Assembly (NCBI GenBank): GCA_001949185.1
Contig: BDGG01000014.1
Coordinates: forward strand, 1,472,586-1,536,585
From: Ramazzottius varieornatus
Taxonomy: Eukaryota; Animalia; Tardigrada
Length of the DNA stretch: 64,000 nt
Direction of reading: 5' to 3'
In this document: piece by piece, positions 52,514 to 64,000 of the stretch
Layout of the letters: each line of letters begins with the position of its first letter
Numbering within the stretch: position 1 is the stretch's first letter
Notes under the pieces: generated by a model
The model's input: only the letters and a program-made list of their open reading frames with translations
What the model was told of the DNA's origin: nothing
The model's database searches: none
Translations under genes and position numbers: made by a program

Positions 52514-53750
52514 ATGGCAGGAGATAGGGAATCAACGATGAGGATATCGTTGGAAGCCGATGTGTCTGCGGTACTGACTTCTCCCTCAGTAAGTCCTCCT
52601 CCGCCACCTCCCGCTCCTGTCCACTCTATTCCACTAGGAACTTTGACGAAGAGACAAAGCGGGGTAAGGCCTGAAACGGAGGACGACGATCACCGCCAAG
52701 TCTTAGGCTCGATCAGACGGCTGGTCGAATTCTGCTTACCAAAGAGAAATCCTGCCTTGCTTCCTGACCGTTCAGATGGGGATGTGCTTTCTGGCTGGTA
52801 TTGCAGTCTCTCGCTTCTCCATACCAGTGCCGTGATCCAGGAAGGTCCCAGGTATGCTGGGGTTTATGGCTAATGGGAGACAACGGTGAATTAAACGCGG
52901 ACTGACAGTAAACCGGAAACAGAAATCTCACAATTCAAAATTCAAAATTATTTGAAGCTGGACCCTCAGGCTTTAGGCTGTGCTCGTCACCCTTTTGCTA
53001 ACTGAGTGGTTTCGCCACAAACCTTCAACTTTCCCTTGTTTTCAGTTGTGGGTTTGCCGCTTTGTGTGTCAGCGCTCAGGTCTTGGCTCCTCGCACAGAT
53101 CTCGGCACCGACGCACTATCTCCTCAAGGTCCCCAAAATTTGATCGACTGGGCCAAATATCAAGGTTATACTCACTGCGGTGAACTTTTTTCGGGTACGA
53201 ATTGATTTTACTAATCGAGTGATGTGGACAGTCATTGGACAATTGTCTGTTTTTAGTGGACAATGTGGCTGCCATACTGAGCGAGCATTTCGTATGTGCG
53301 CCTGCAGTTCTTCCGTTCTCAGACAATGAGACGATCCTCCGTCGACTCGATGCGGACCAGATCTTTCTAGTTCCGTATGATCATGGACCAAATCACGAAC
53401 CCATCAACAAGAATGGTCACGGTGCCCACTGGTGTATCGTGCTGGGTTATGTTAAACTGACGAATGAAAGATACAATTTTGAAGAAATCCATGTCCTGGC
53501 ACGGCACGGTAGCAGTCGCAGAGTTAGCTTGTGGTCGTTGGAAGAGCTGCGCGTCAGCAACGGCAACTTGCACCAGTTCGACCCGAAGCGTCGCCGGTTG
53601 GGAAGCCACTGGAAAGTGGACGACTTTGATGACTTGTCAGGACTGCGGGGATTGTGTGTTGCCGTTCCGGTACCGTCTGGTATGAAAGGAAAGAGGAGGT
53701 GGAGAGTGGACGGAAGTCTCAAAGACCTTGTTTCGAATAGTTTGAGATAA
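52514..53750 (+). CDS. ACTMAP: Actin maturation protease (C19orf54/UPF0692 family cysteine protease)
   Basis: N-terminal poly-Pro; IQEGP|SCGFAAL (catalytic Cys context); GYTHCGELFS; LVPYDHGPNHEPINKNGHGAHWCIVLG; ARHGSS..LRVSNGNL. Three exons. Confidence 0.85.
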
Positions 53751-53983
53751 GAATACGTTTCTTTCTACACACATTGTTTTTTCGGGTTTTAGGTGCCACT
53801 AGCGATCAGCCACTGGTTCGAATGTATGCATCATTTTGAGTAAACACACCGGAAATAGTTGTGCCTAAGCTGTAGATGTGCATTCATCGTGTTCCACGGC
53901 AGAAAACTCACGTGAAAACTGATTGCATAGAGAAAGGTGTAAAGAAGAGAAAATTCTCAGTCAACTGTGGCAAGGGAAGACTC

Positions 53984-55968
53984 TCAGGTTTTAATGGCGT
54001 GTCTCCGCCAACTTCCGGTGGAGGTCGTCGGTGAAGAAGATGAGACCACAACGTTATTGCCATTCCCATCTTTCTGCTTTTGCTTTTGGCCTGCATTAAA
54101 GGTGATCTGCTGTTGGTCGTTACCAAGTACACCTCGACACTGGCTGATTGTTGTCCGGAGCAAAGCCAGCCTGGATACCGAAGGATCCAAAAATTCGTCG
54201 CCGGCATTAAGAAGGGCTTTGGCATCGCATTCGCATATAATCAGCGCGGCGCAAGTACAGGCAGCATTGTTGTCCTCGGAAGGTTTGGCTGAGGTTTCTC
54301 TCCGAGCATTATCGTTGTGCGACTCCGAACTGGGGTTCTGGTAAAGAGTTCCAAAAGTGTTTTGGAGTGGCTCTTCATTGGGTTTTCTTTCTAAAATGGA
54401 AACTTCTGTATTACTGCTTAACATGCTGTTGGACACATAATTGAAATGTCAGATTTTCTTGTGAGAACGGAATATTAAGTTCATGGATAAAGTCCCAGTC
54501 ATACTTGAGGTAGCGCTAAGCATGTAACTTTTCTCGCCGAATGTTTCATTTTGCCGGGTATGCTGGCCTTGATTTTCGGCTTCTGCTTCACACCACTGAT
54601 GCAGCTGATGAGCAAGACTAAAAAGCGAATCGGTGATTTGATCCTCCTTTCCACGACGGGTCTCTTCCTCCGCGTTCTCCTCGGCTGGCGGTGTCGCTTT
54701 TTCCGACTCATTTGGGGAACCCATGTTCTCTGGACCGTCTTCGTTACGCTCCTTTTCCACAGATAGAAGCTGACTGCGACTCGGTGTCCGGTGCATCTGC
54801 TGGATCATATGAAACAAGCTGGGGTCGGAGGCCGTCAAGAGCGGCAAGGAGAAGCCCGGTAAGTACAGGTCCGTCACTTCACGCCGCGGGATATCGAACA
54901 GTTCCGACTCTTTCAAATCCAACTGTACATTCGGATGTTCTACCCATTACACAAACAGTAAAACGACTGACAGTAATTCCGTTTTGTGTCTCAACCTACT
55001 GCTGAAATACTTGTCAAGATCATGGCTGCTGGCTAATACCGTCATTTCCGGCGCACTAGGTTTCTCACGAATATCCACTTTACTCCTTCGGTTATGGTCC
55101 CTAGTTTTATCCTTCTCTTTTCGTCTGTACTTTGCCAACCTCTCGCTACGGTTGTCCTTCTCTCGATCTCCATTATGCCCCGGCGTCGATGTTCTGTCAA
55201 ACTGGAAACCCATCGTGCTGGTCAGCTTTTCGGCAAGCCTTCTTTGCGACTCGGCCTGCAGCTCGTAGATTAGCTCTTCAGGGAAGTCCGTCGAACGCAG
55301 AGCAGGCGTGGTTACCATACTGCCTGGCCCAGTACCCTGTTCCCCTCCTGTATTGCTGGTACTTGCGAAATTTCCGAAGAGACTGGGGATCTCTGTTAGG
55401 AGAGTATGCACGTTGATCTGGTCATGAATGTCCGGATGGTTTATCCGGCTGATCGAATTCATCTGGCTTTGTGTCAAACTGATAGCGCGGGGTCGGGGGA
55501 TCAACGAGGAAGCTTCGGTGTTAACTAAGTGCGAACGTCGGAACGCCGTGTTTGAGCTCGCGCTTCCTTGTACGTTCTTGAGAGGCAGTGGGTCGATTAG
55601 TCTGAGCTTGCTTGGATTTTCTTTAGCCTGGGGGTTGGCGTCTTCCGCGAAAAGACTTTTGGGTTTCTCCGCAACTCCAAAGACGCTTTCCGAAGAGAAA
55701 TCTGTCCTGGTTGAAAGCTTACTCGATAACGTGTACGAATTGGTCTGTAAAAACGCTCCTATCTTTGGCCTGCACCAGCAGGCAAGAAATACTGTTTGTA
55801 AGAAAGACATAAAAGGGGAACTCACGCGGCGAAGTTGGTTCTGCTTACAGTTTTCAAGCCGCTGAACTTTTGGACTAAACGGCTGGCCTGATGTTCGACC
55901 ATGTTCCGCAAGGACGATCGAGCAGGCAGAAACTCATCGCTTTCGCTAGGATGAATGCACAAGACCAT
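53984..55968 (-). CDS. Unknown low-complexity protein
   Basis: Consecutive long minus-strand ORFs (292, 157 and 150 aa) separated by short intron-like gaps. First two junctions are phase-consistent; the last is unresolved. No recognised domain. Confidence 0.5.
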
Positions 55969-56309
55969 GATGTGATTACGGTTCCGAGGTACTGAAATAT
56001 AAGTCAGTGTGATCAGTTTCAGGAAAGGAGCAATTGGAAGAGGCTGGAGAAATCTAAACTCTTCTGCTTCCGTCTGGGTATGTATCGTCGTCAGGCTCGA
56101 CACAGCAAAGAAGGTCAAACCAAGGTTACCGCAACTAGTCACGCTTTTAACTCGTGTTTTGCCTTTTTCACTCCTTCAGAAGAGAGTATTGTCAGAATCA
56201 GCAGGGGGAAAAAGAATGAAGAAACTGAAAGCATAAAAATAAATCTGCAGGGCTTACGGTATTGCACTTCACATACTGTATCGACAGTTTGCTAACTCAC
56301 TTGCTACCA

Positions 56310-59300
56310 TTAGTACTCTGACGACTCGTTCTTCGGGACGGCAGTGGCCACCGTGTAAACGTAGGTACGTACCAGGTCGTAGCAGTACTTATACTCCATC
56401 TATAAGAAACACAAGCAGAAATCAAGCATAGGGACAACGAGAATTCTGATGTTCCCTTGGGAATATTTGGCAGCGCATTTAAATTTGCCTTTTGACTGCG
56501 AGAAAAATGACCAGAATGACGTGCCCGGCACTAACTTGACCGAGCCTTATCGTAGAAGAGGGCAAAATTCGAAAACCCTGAAAATCATTAGGTAATGGCT
56601 CCGTATACTAATCGCACCACCTAAACACTCTGCATACTCGCTTCCTCAAATTTCCCCACTACCAAAGTGCTCCGCGTACTACCGTGTAACCCACACTACC
56701 ATTTTCTCCGCATACTAATTTAGGTTCGAGTTTTGGCGCGTGAAAAAGTGACCTTTACGAAGTTCAGAAAATTTAGCAGCGCGAAAGTGAAACCTCCCGG
56801 TGAACTGGTGACAGATCGCAATGGATCTAGCAAGGTGCCGCTGTGGCCAGAACACTAATTTCGACCCTGATCGCGGTAAAGAGAGCTTCCACACAAACAC
56901 GACACATGAAGTGTCCCGCGAAGATCCAAACGCCAGCAAGCTTGCTGAAAATCCTCACTGTCAGAGCGGATTTGCTGTCCCACCATGATCACGAGCGTTC
57001 GGAAGGCTTATGGAACAAGCTACGTAAATTCCGCATACCGAACAGACTTCAGAAGAAAGACGCGAAGAAGATGCAGGAGGACAATGTACCTAACCAAGCA
57101 ATCGTCAAGACCATGGGATTGAAAACAGGAAATTAAAAGGTAGTCCGCGGAGTGATTCAATAGTACAGAATTCGAAAAAGGTAGTATGCACAGTATTTTG
57201 GTAGTGTGGGTAGTACGCGAATAAGGTCAAGTGAACACTGTCCCTGAGTCTCGCTCGCATGTCTCTCAATTACCCCAATTGTTTCCGTGTTCGGTAATGT
57301 TAAGAGTTGAGCAGTAAATACCGGATTTTCGACCAGTTGTGGCCGATTTATCTTGCACGTTTTGGTGGCCAGAAAGACGTTAACTTCCTGGTGCATTGTA
57401 ATCTGCTCGCAGGCAATCTTGGCGGCACAGAACACTCCGGCTCGAGTGTAGCCATCCCTGAAGCAACCACAGTTACTGTTGTGGTCATTTGGCCCATACG
57501 GCAAAGTGAAAGGTGCGCTTACGGGGAAATGACCAAGATGGGCTTCATGCCAGTCTTGATTCTCCATCGGTCGACCATGCCAAAGAGTTCGATGACGGCT
57601 GCCGTGCTGGTGGGTACTTTGTTGCTCTCCGGCCAGCATTCCAGAATGAAAAACTGCGTCGTCTTGAGCTCGTTCACCGTTCCCATCATCATTTCTTGCA
57701 GTGACACCGTCTGCCAAAGAAAGAGTCCATCAAGCTGGAAAAGCTAAGCCAAGTTTAACGAAAATACAATCGAATTTTGTTTCGAGAGATTCTAAGTCAC
57801 TGCCGAATTTGATAGGGTTAGGGAGGTTGAGAAGAGAGGATGCATTTCATTTACCGTGATGCCGTTTTTGAGGAGCAGTCTATAGTCAAGCCTGGCGTCT
57901 TCAAGCGGGGTCTGCGGGCAGACAACAAGCACAAGGGTCAGGGATCAGGGTTATGGGATGGAAAAATAAAGGGAAAAGCATACGCTTGGTTCAAGAAGGA
58001 ATAAGAGAAGACGCCAGCAAGGCCAGGACAGCAGCTAGCATGCGAAAACCAACTGATAGGAAAACCGGGACGGTGTGGAACAAACCTTCTTGCGGATCCT
58101 GTACATGGCGGTCCGGATGTTGGGATAGCGTTGTTGGGCGATGAGTTCGGGGGTAAAGCAGCCGTAGGACTTGGTCTTGCCCTTCTCGTGAAAGAAGGAA
58201 GGCTTGTCCAGCGAGATCGGTGGATCGCTGAGAACCACGACCGTATTGCAGTCGTGATCGTAGATCAACGACCATATATCGTTCACTGTGTTCTTCTGCG
58301 GCCATTCGGCAACGACAAAGTCATTTTTCCGCTGGAAGCCCTGTAAAAAAAACTCTTGAGAACAACTCCTGGAAAAATTTAAGCCAACGAATTTTTTCAG
58401 TCTCGTATCGTTTGTACTGGGTGTTATTTTTCATGCACTACTCACATCCACAAAGACTGCATTGACGTAGTCCGAGGCTTCCTGGCCGTGCTGGGATGTC
58501 AGGTATGGACGAGCGTAATCGGCTGTCAAGAAGGAAAAACAGTCAATATCAGAATATAAAGGAGTCGGTCAGTTTAAATAGAAGGCACCAGCTGAAGGTA
58601 CTCACGTGGAACCATAATGACGTCGCGGTTCTTGTAGCGATTGTCGGTACGGTGTCCGCCAGCACAGACTCCGGTGGGAAGAGGACGCGTTAACTTTTGT
58701 ATCAGCTGAAGTAACAAATCCAATTTAAGTAGTCCTTTATCCTGATGTGGAACATCAAAATACCTTAAACTCTTCATGGAAATAGTTCGATTTTTTGTCC
58801 GGTGTCTTGGCCGACAAGGCTTTCATGCGAGCGGCTAGGTCTAGCACAGGAATCACCGTGTCACCAGTGAGTTGGTGTTCTAGGCAAGCTTCGTACAGGA
58901 ACCGATACTGCGCCTGCAAGACAAACTGTTCACTCAAGATGGACCAACATGAAAAGAAAAGTTTGCTTCTTACTTTGTTTTCGACCATGTATGGTCTCAT
59001 TTGTCGCTCCAGCTGGATATAGTTAAAGATGTCCACTTTTTTCTCGCTTTTCAACAGATTCAGGTTGACGTCAAGAGCGAGATAGCAACCAGTTCGACTT
59101 GCGCCATCGCTAAAAACAAACACAGGAATGTCAGAATAATTGCCTGAAACTGTATGCCGGCATTACGTACTCGCAATGGACGACGATGGGTCCGTCGAAG
59201 TCCGAGGTCGGTATGTAGTTGAGGACCTTCCGCCGGAATTCTAGCATGTTGCCAATATCCGGTATACGATGCATGGGCCATTCCAGGAACTGGAAATGCT

Positions 59301-61155
59301 TGATTTCCCGCTCTTCATGACCCTACAATCAATCATCCCACGTTGACTTGACCTTGTTCCCCTCAAATATTATTTCTACGAAGTGGTGTTCGACGTACCT
59401 TGCGTAAGCGAATAGTTCGGACAATATAATTTGCCAGACTTTCCTTGTCAATGACCGTTACATGAATATCACCGTACGGTAGCTCGTCAATCATTTGCCA
59501 ATACTCAATGCACACAACCTATGAATAGAGCAGAACTCGAACAGCTGGAAGGACTCGGGAGGAGTCGCCATGTTTCGGTTGAGTACCTTGATAAAGTCAA
59601 AGACTCGTGTCAACATGACGATGCATCCCGTCCGTTCCTGCCAGATCATTCGCCAGAAGTCCGGTGCGGTCTTCTTCGACGGTCCTTGCGTAGCAATGTA
59701 GGCTCTTGGGGTATCAAAACTCTAAAGGGACAGAAATACGTTAACTGGTTCAATTTACTGTCAGTTTACTAGCAGGATGCCACAGCTACGCATCTGAGTA
59801 TGATACTACATCACCAGTGAAGCGGGTAGGTGAAGCTGCGCATGATTTACTCGCACTCGGTGGAAACCTTCGCCAGCAGATAGCCGCAACACACTACGTT
59901 TCAACATGGCGCAGTGCTAGGCTTGATTTAAGGAAAGAGTGCGTCGCTAATTCTGACACGAAGCATGAGCGGAAAATGATTCTGCGGCAGCCGTCTTGTC
60001 TACCTTTAACGCTTTGGCTAGTTCTTCGGCCCTTGAAGAAGGCAGTCTATTGAGCCAAATCGAACTAGTTTGAAACGCTGGACTCCGCTACGGGGACCGG
60101 AGTATTGTATCGTTTGTTGCAGTTTGCAAAGTGTGAAAGAGCGGCGAACTTGCGTAGCCAAGCTTTTTTTAACTTCTGTCTGTGAATATTGTCTAATAGG
60201 CATCTGATCAGCTTCGTCCAAGCAGTCGGCTCGGCGGGAGACAGCAAGTGACAGTGAGCGAGCGTGGCGGAAATAGCCAGAGTTATTTTGGGAGAAGAGT
60301 CAAAGAGCCACCTACGTCAATGTAGGAAGCGTTGATATAGTCGGAAAATGGATCGTTTGGCAGCTGCTGCAGAAGAACCCGCGTACCATCGTCTGCAAAA
60401 ACACAGAAACGAGCAACGCGTTAGAAAAGGGCCTCGCTTTGGAAATGCCATCACGACGAAGAGAAGAAGGGAAAAAACAAACTTGTCAAGTGCTCTTCTT
60501 CCTTCGTTGAATCCATTAAGATGACAGAATCATCAACTATTTCACACACCACACTGCCGTCCCCGAAACTGTTTCTTAAGGCTACACCGCGCGTAGAACG
60601 CAAACGGTAGGCTCGGCAAAGTTTCAAAAACAAACAAACTGTTTTGTCGTTGGGCAAATCTGTCTTCTTCCTTGCATACTTACATGGCAGTACTTTAGGG
60701 AAATTGTTCTTGGTCGAATTCACCGGCATCCTGGCACGTGTTTGGGGCAGCGCAGGATTTTTGGCCAGTAACTGACGATGAAAGGACCAATAAGTCGTAC
60801 AACTGGAAGTGGGCCATTTATCTGGGAAGAGATATTTGGCTTACCATGAACTCGGCTTTGAGTTGGGCTTTGTGGCTCCGCATTCTGGCCACTTCCCGAG
60901 GAAGATTCTTGAGATCAATAGGGTGGGCATGCCGCGCTGCTTCTTCCTCGGGAGTGAGATGACGGCGGCCACAGAGACGAAAGGGAGAGCAGGAGGAAGG
61001 CTTGGAGGAGCGGTGAGGAAGAGGCGACGGAGATGGCGAGTGAGATCCAGAACGAAAATGACCACTGGGCTCACTCAGCTGACTCAGGCTGAGCGCCCCA
61101 TTGGCCTTGGACGGCTCAGGAGGTATCATGCCGGTATCATCCCTCTCGTAATCCT
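56310..61155 (-). CDS. Tandem-domain protein tyrosine phosphatase, Ptp36E-like, degenerate active sites (5' end possibly further upstream)
   Basis: D1: DYINASYID, YIATQGP, DFWRMIWQE, MLTRVFDFIK, PIVVHCDDGASRTG, QYRFLY. D2: NRYKNRD, DYVNAVFVD, DIWSLIYDHDC, ISPDGYTRAG, final exon MEYKYCYDLV (56399-56310). Acceptor at 61156 precedes an open frame, so an upstream exon is possible. Confidence 0.85.
56599..57227. mobile_element. Degenerate foldback/MITE-like element in the last PTP intron
   Basis: Left arm has repeated CGCGTACTACC / CCCACACTACCA / GCATACT motifs (56600-56716). Right arm has their reverse complements GGTAGTACGCG / TGGTAGTGTGGG / AGTATGC (57139-57219). Ends and TSD not resolved. Confidence 0.45.
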
Positions 61156-62382
61156 CTGTGATACATCTTTACAAGAACGTTCTTTCGAGCTAAGTTCAAG
61201 AAAAATTTCGCGAGAAGATGAGCAGACTGAATTCACCGAAGTGAGTTCAGAACATCTGCGTCGTCATAATTGAGTTGATTGTTGATCGATCGCATGTGTG
61301 AAGCAGGGAGGTGGACTTCCAAATCGTTCAATGTCGATTGGCCTGCAACTACGTCACCAATGACTTCATGGCGAGCTGCCGGAGCAAGCATGAGGAGTCT
61401 AAGGACCCGCTCGGCCTTGACCGACAAGTAGCCCCAAGTACATGCCTGTCTAGGTCGGGTCCCCAGGGCTGGAGGTCGGCTAGACAAGTAACAACTGACA
61501 ACGGACCGCCGTATCGGACAGTGGACGACAAAATCAACCGTTAATAATGGGCTCGGCACTACAGCTGGAGCTTATTTACGAATCAACCGATGAGAATTAT
61601 ATAGCTTGCTCTATGCGCAAATTTCATTAGCTCTATCCATCTGGCTCCAGTCAATACCGATTTCAACGGTTAATTTTGTCGTACATTGTACTGTATGTCT
61701 GAAAAATCCCGAGTTCGCATTTATAATGTTCCAGAAAGTCTGCAATTGGAGAACATGGACCGTCTCACCAAAGGTCGCAGTACCGTATATCACAGCCCGG
61801 CTTCACTGTCACGACAATTGAGAGCCGTTAAACGGTTGATTTACACTCGTGTTAAATCGAGGTTCTTACGTGTTCCTCTTTATCGATAATTAGTCATGGG
61901 AGAGATGGGACAGAAAAGATTTAGAGGTGACATTGTGCTGAAAAGATTACCATGAACCGCACACTTGTCATCGCACAGCAGCAAAGTAGGTCCAATTACA
62001 ATATCATCGCGCTGAGGATTTACCTGCCAGCAGACTTGGCTAATCCTGTAGCCAAATAAATTACTCAGAGTGCAAGTATGTCATGAATGGTTATTTACTC
62101 TATTAGAATAAATTGTGACTCTCAATGCCCATTACGCTCCATCACCTCTTTGTAAGCTCTTCACGTCAAGCAACGGGTTCTACGGAAGTTCAATGGCAAT
62201 CTGAGCCGTCAACAGGCTTCCGTCGGTAGAGGTCCATCGCCGCCATCGCTCATTTGTTCCCATCGGATGTTTGTCGGTTACACTACGTTACTACGTGTCT
62301 AAAAGAGCTAATTACCCATACGACCAATCTTCACTTGCTATTTAGCCAGTGCGCCATCTCGGCTCAATCCCATGTAGTCAGA

Positions 62383-63170
62383 ATGCGAGCTTCTCAACTT
62401 TACGACATACTTTTGTTATGGATATCAGTTTTTCTGATCCAAAAAAGTCACGGATGGCAATGGTCGCACTCGAATCCCGAGACCCGTGCTGCCCAGTACG
62501 GAATTTCCCGACCGGAGTTATCCCATCAGGGAGCAGCGTCTTACTTTACCCCCCGGCGCATCTACAGACAACAATACACCATGAACTATGCCAGGTTCAA
62601 CAGTAAGTGTGACTTCAGAGACATTTGTTCTACATTGTTAGAACTGCACGAACTGTCGGGTTACAAAACCAGACATGTCCAGTTTTTTATTGTGCAAGTT
62701 CCCGTTTCAGTGTTTGTTCAGACATTAATCTATGGAAAAATTTTCACGTTCAATGCAGAACTACTCCTCTTGTGTGTAAAGGGTTTTCCGTTCCCGAAAC
62801 TCAGTTCGCATACCGCTCCGACCAAGGGCTGGTACAGGCAGAGATCAGGTTTTGATTCCACGTACTTACTCGGTCTGTCAGTAAGTGCTCGTTGCGGTCG
62901 CGATAATCAAGCGATCGTGAGGATTAAATTACTATCGGGCATGATATCAAGAGTTAATAATAAGGTTTAAGTTGGAAGGTGAATAAAAATGTTTTTTATT
63001 GCACAGGTTATGGTTACGACTACGCCGGAGCCCCAATACCCATCATAATTTTGCCTGTATACATTATCCTACCGCCAGTTTCCGGGTTAGCTCCTACTGC
63101 CCCGCCAACCACAACGACCACAAGTCCTTCCACAACTACAGCCCCAGACGTGCCCTTACCAGACTTCTAA
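62383..63170 (+). CDS. Small putative secreted protein with Tyr-rich middle and Pro/Thr-rich tail (~127 aa)
   Basis: Exons 62383-62602 and 63007-63170 (phase 1). Signal peptide MRASQLYDILLLWISVFLIQKSHG; ends YGYDYAGAPIPIIILPVYIILPP..PPTTTTTSPSTTTAPDVPLPDF. Confidence 0.6.
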
Positions 63171-64000
63171 ATCAGTGTTTACTCGACAATGTGAGCGTCC
63201 TTCGTCACGCCTACAGAAAATGCCTTGGAATGGGTTTTGCATAAATTACTGTACCGCCTGACTGTGATACATCCTTCTGTGGTTGTTACTTACTGCGTGC
63301 ATATCTATACGGTTAACTGGAAATATGTGAAAATAACGTACCGAAATTTTGACGACCAATCCAGTCTTTGATTACCCGGTTCGAACATGGAAAGTTCGCA
63401 GCTTCTGCGGTGGGCATCATCCATTTACCACGGACCACTTCTAGCACCATCTCTTTCACACCCCCGTCGCATCCTTCCACCGGCACACCGGAAGAGAACT
63501 CTCTATAGTTATTACAAGTTCAGCCTGCAAAGTAGCTTTTCAGGATGCCCAAAGGCGCATTAGTATAGATTTTCACTCCTAACAAAACCCAAGTGTGCGT
63601 AGGTCTTTCGTTCTTAATTGATACTGTCGCTCCAGCCTTAGTCCCGTATCAGGGCAACCAGTAAGCATGATTGCTCACAAACACCTTACTCTGTAACCTT
63701 TACCCTATCTCTCACGAGTTTCGTCGAAGACGACGCTCTGGATATTCCTCCTCATCTTAGTTCTATTCTCTCTGAGAACGTATCGACCTATCGTGTCCGC
63801 GACTCAATTTGACGTTGCTGACCTTTGTCATGTCGCGAAAGCCGAGGGCAATTTCGACCAGCCAGAGGAATGACCTTTGTTGACCTATTTTGGCAGAAGA
63901 CAAATGATGTACCATGGCATTTTATTGAAACTTGCCATATGATGTCGTAGAAAATGCCTTACAGATTTAGCGGTGTAATACTGAGCATTCAGAAACGCGG

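Overview
Gene-dense eukaryotic (invertebrate) genomic DNA with short GT-AG introns, mostly 50-150 nt. By inference it is a nematode, plausibly clade I (Trichuris/Trichinella-like); the species cannot be confirmed from this window. Hand-spliced gene models, in order: (1) a cluster of three paralogous secreted three-finger/Ly6-like proteins (0.7-6.5 kb), two of them fused to long Ser/Ala/Pro-rich repetitive tails ending in an identical TVFDRK C-terminus; (2) fukutin; (3) a divergent Brachyury-like T-box gene; (4) a SPAK/OSR1 (gck-3) kinase; (5) an axotactin/Caspr-like neurexin-family receptor; (6) an unknown MGCG-lipidation-motif protein; (7) SCYL2 pseudokinase; (8) syntaxin-7/12; (9) a DIPP Nudix hydrolase; (10) a tiny Gly/Phe-rich caenacin-like peptide; (11) two unknown low-complexity proteins; (12) actin maturation protease (ACTMAP/C19orf54); (13) a Ptp36E-like tandem phosphatase with degenerate active sites; (14) a small secreted protein. 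Non-coding structure includes an ETS-palindrome minisatellite and two MITE-like elements. The main candidates for something new are the nine-cysteine Ly6 plus silk/mucin-like cluster and the Brachyury-like gene. No rRNA, tRNA or CRISPR was recognised. All family calls are from recalled motifs; no database search was run.
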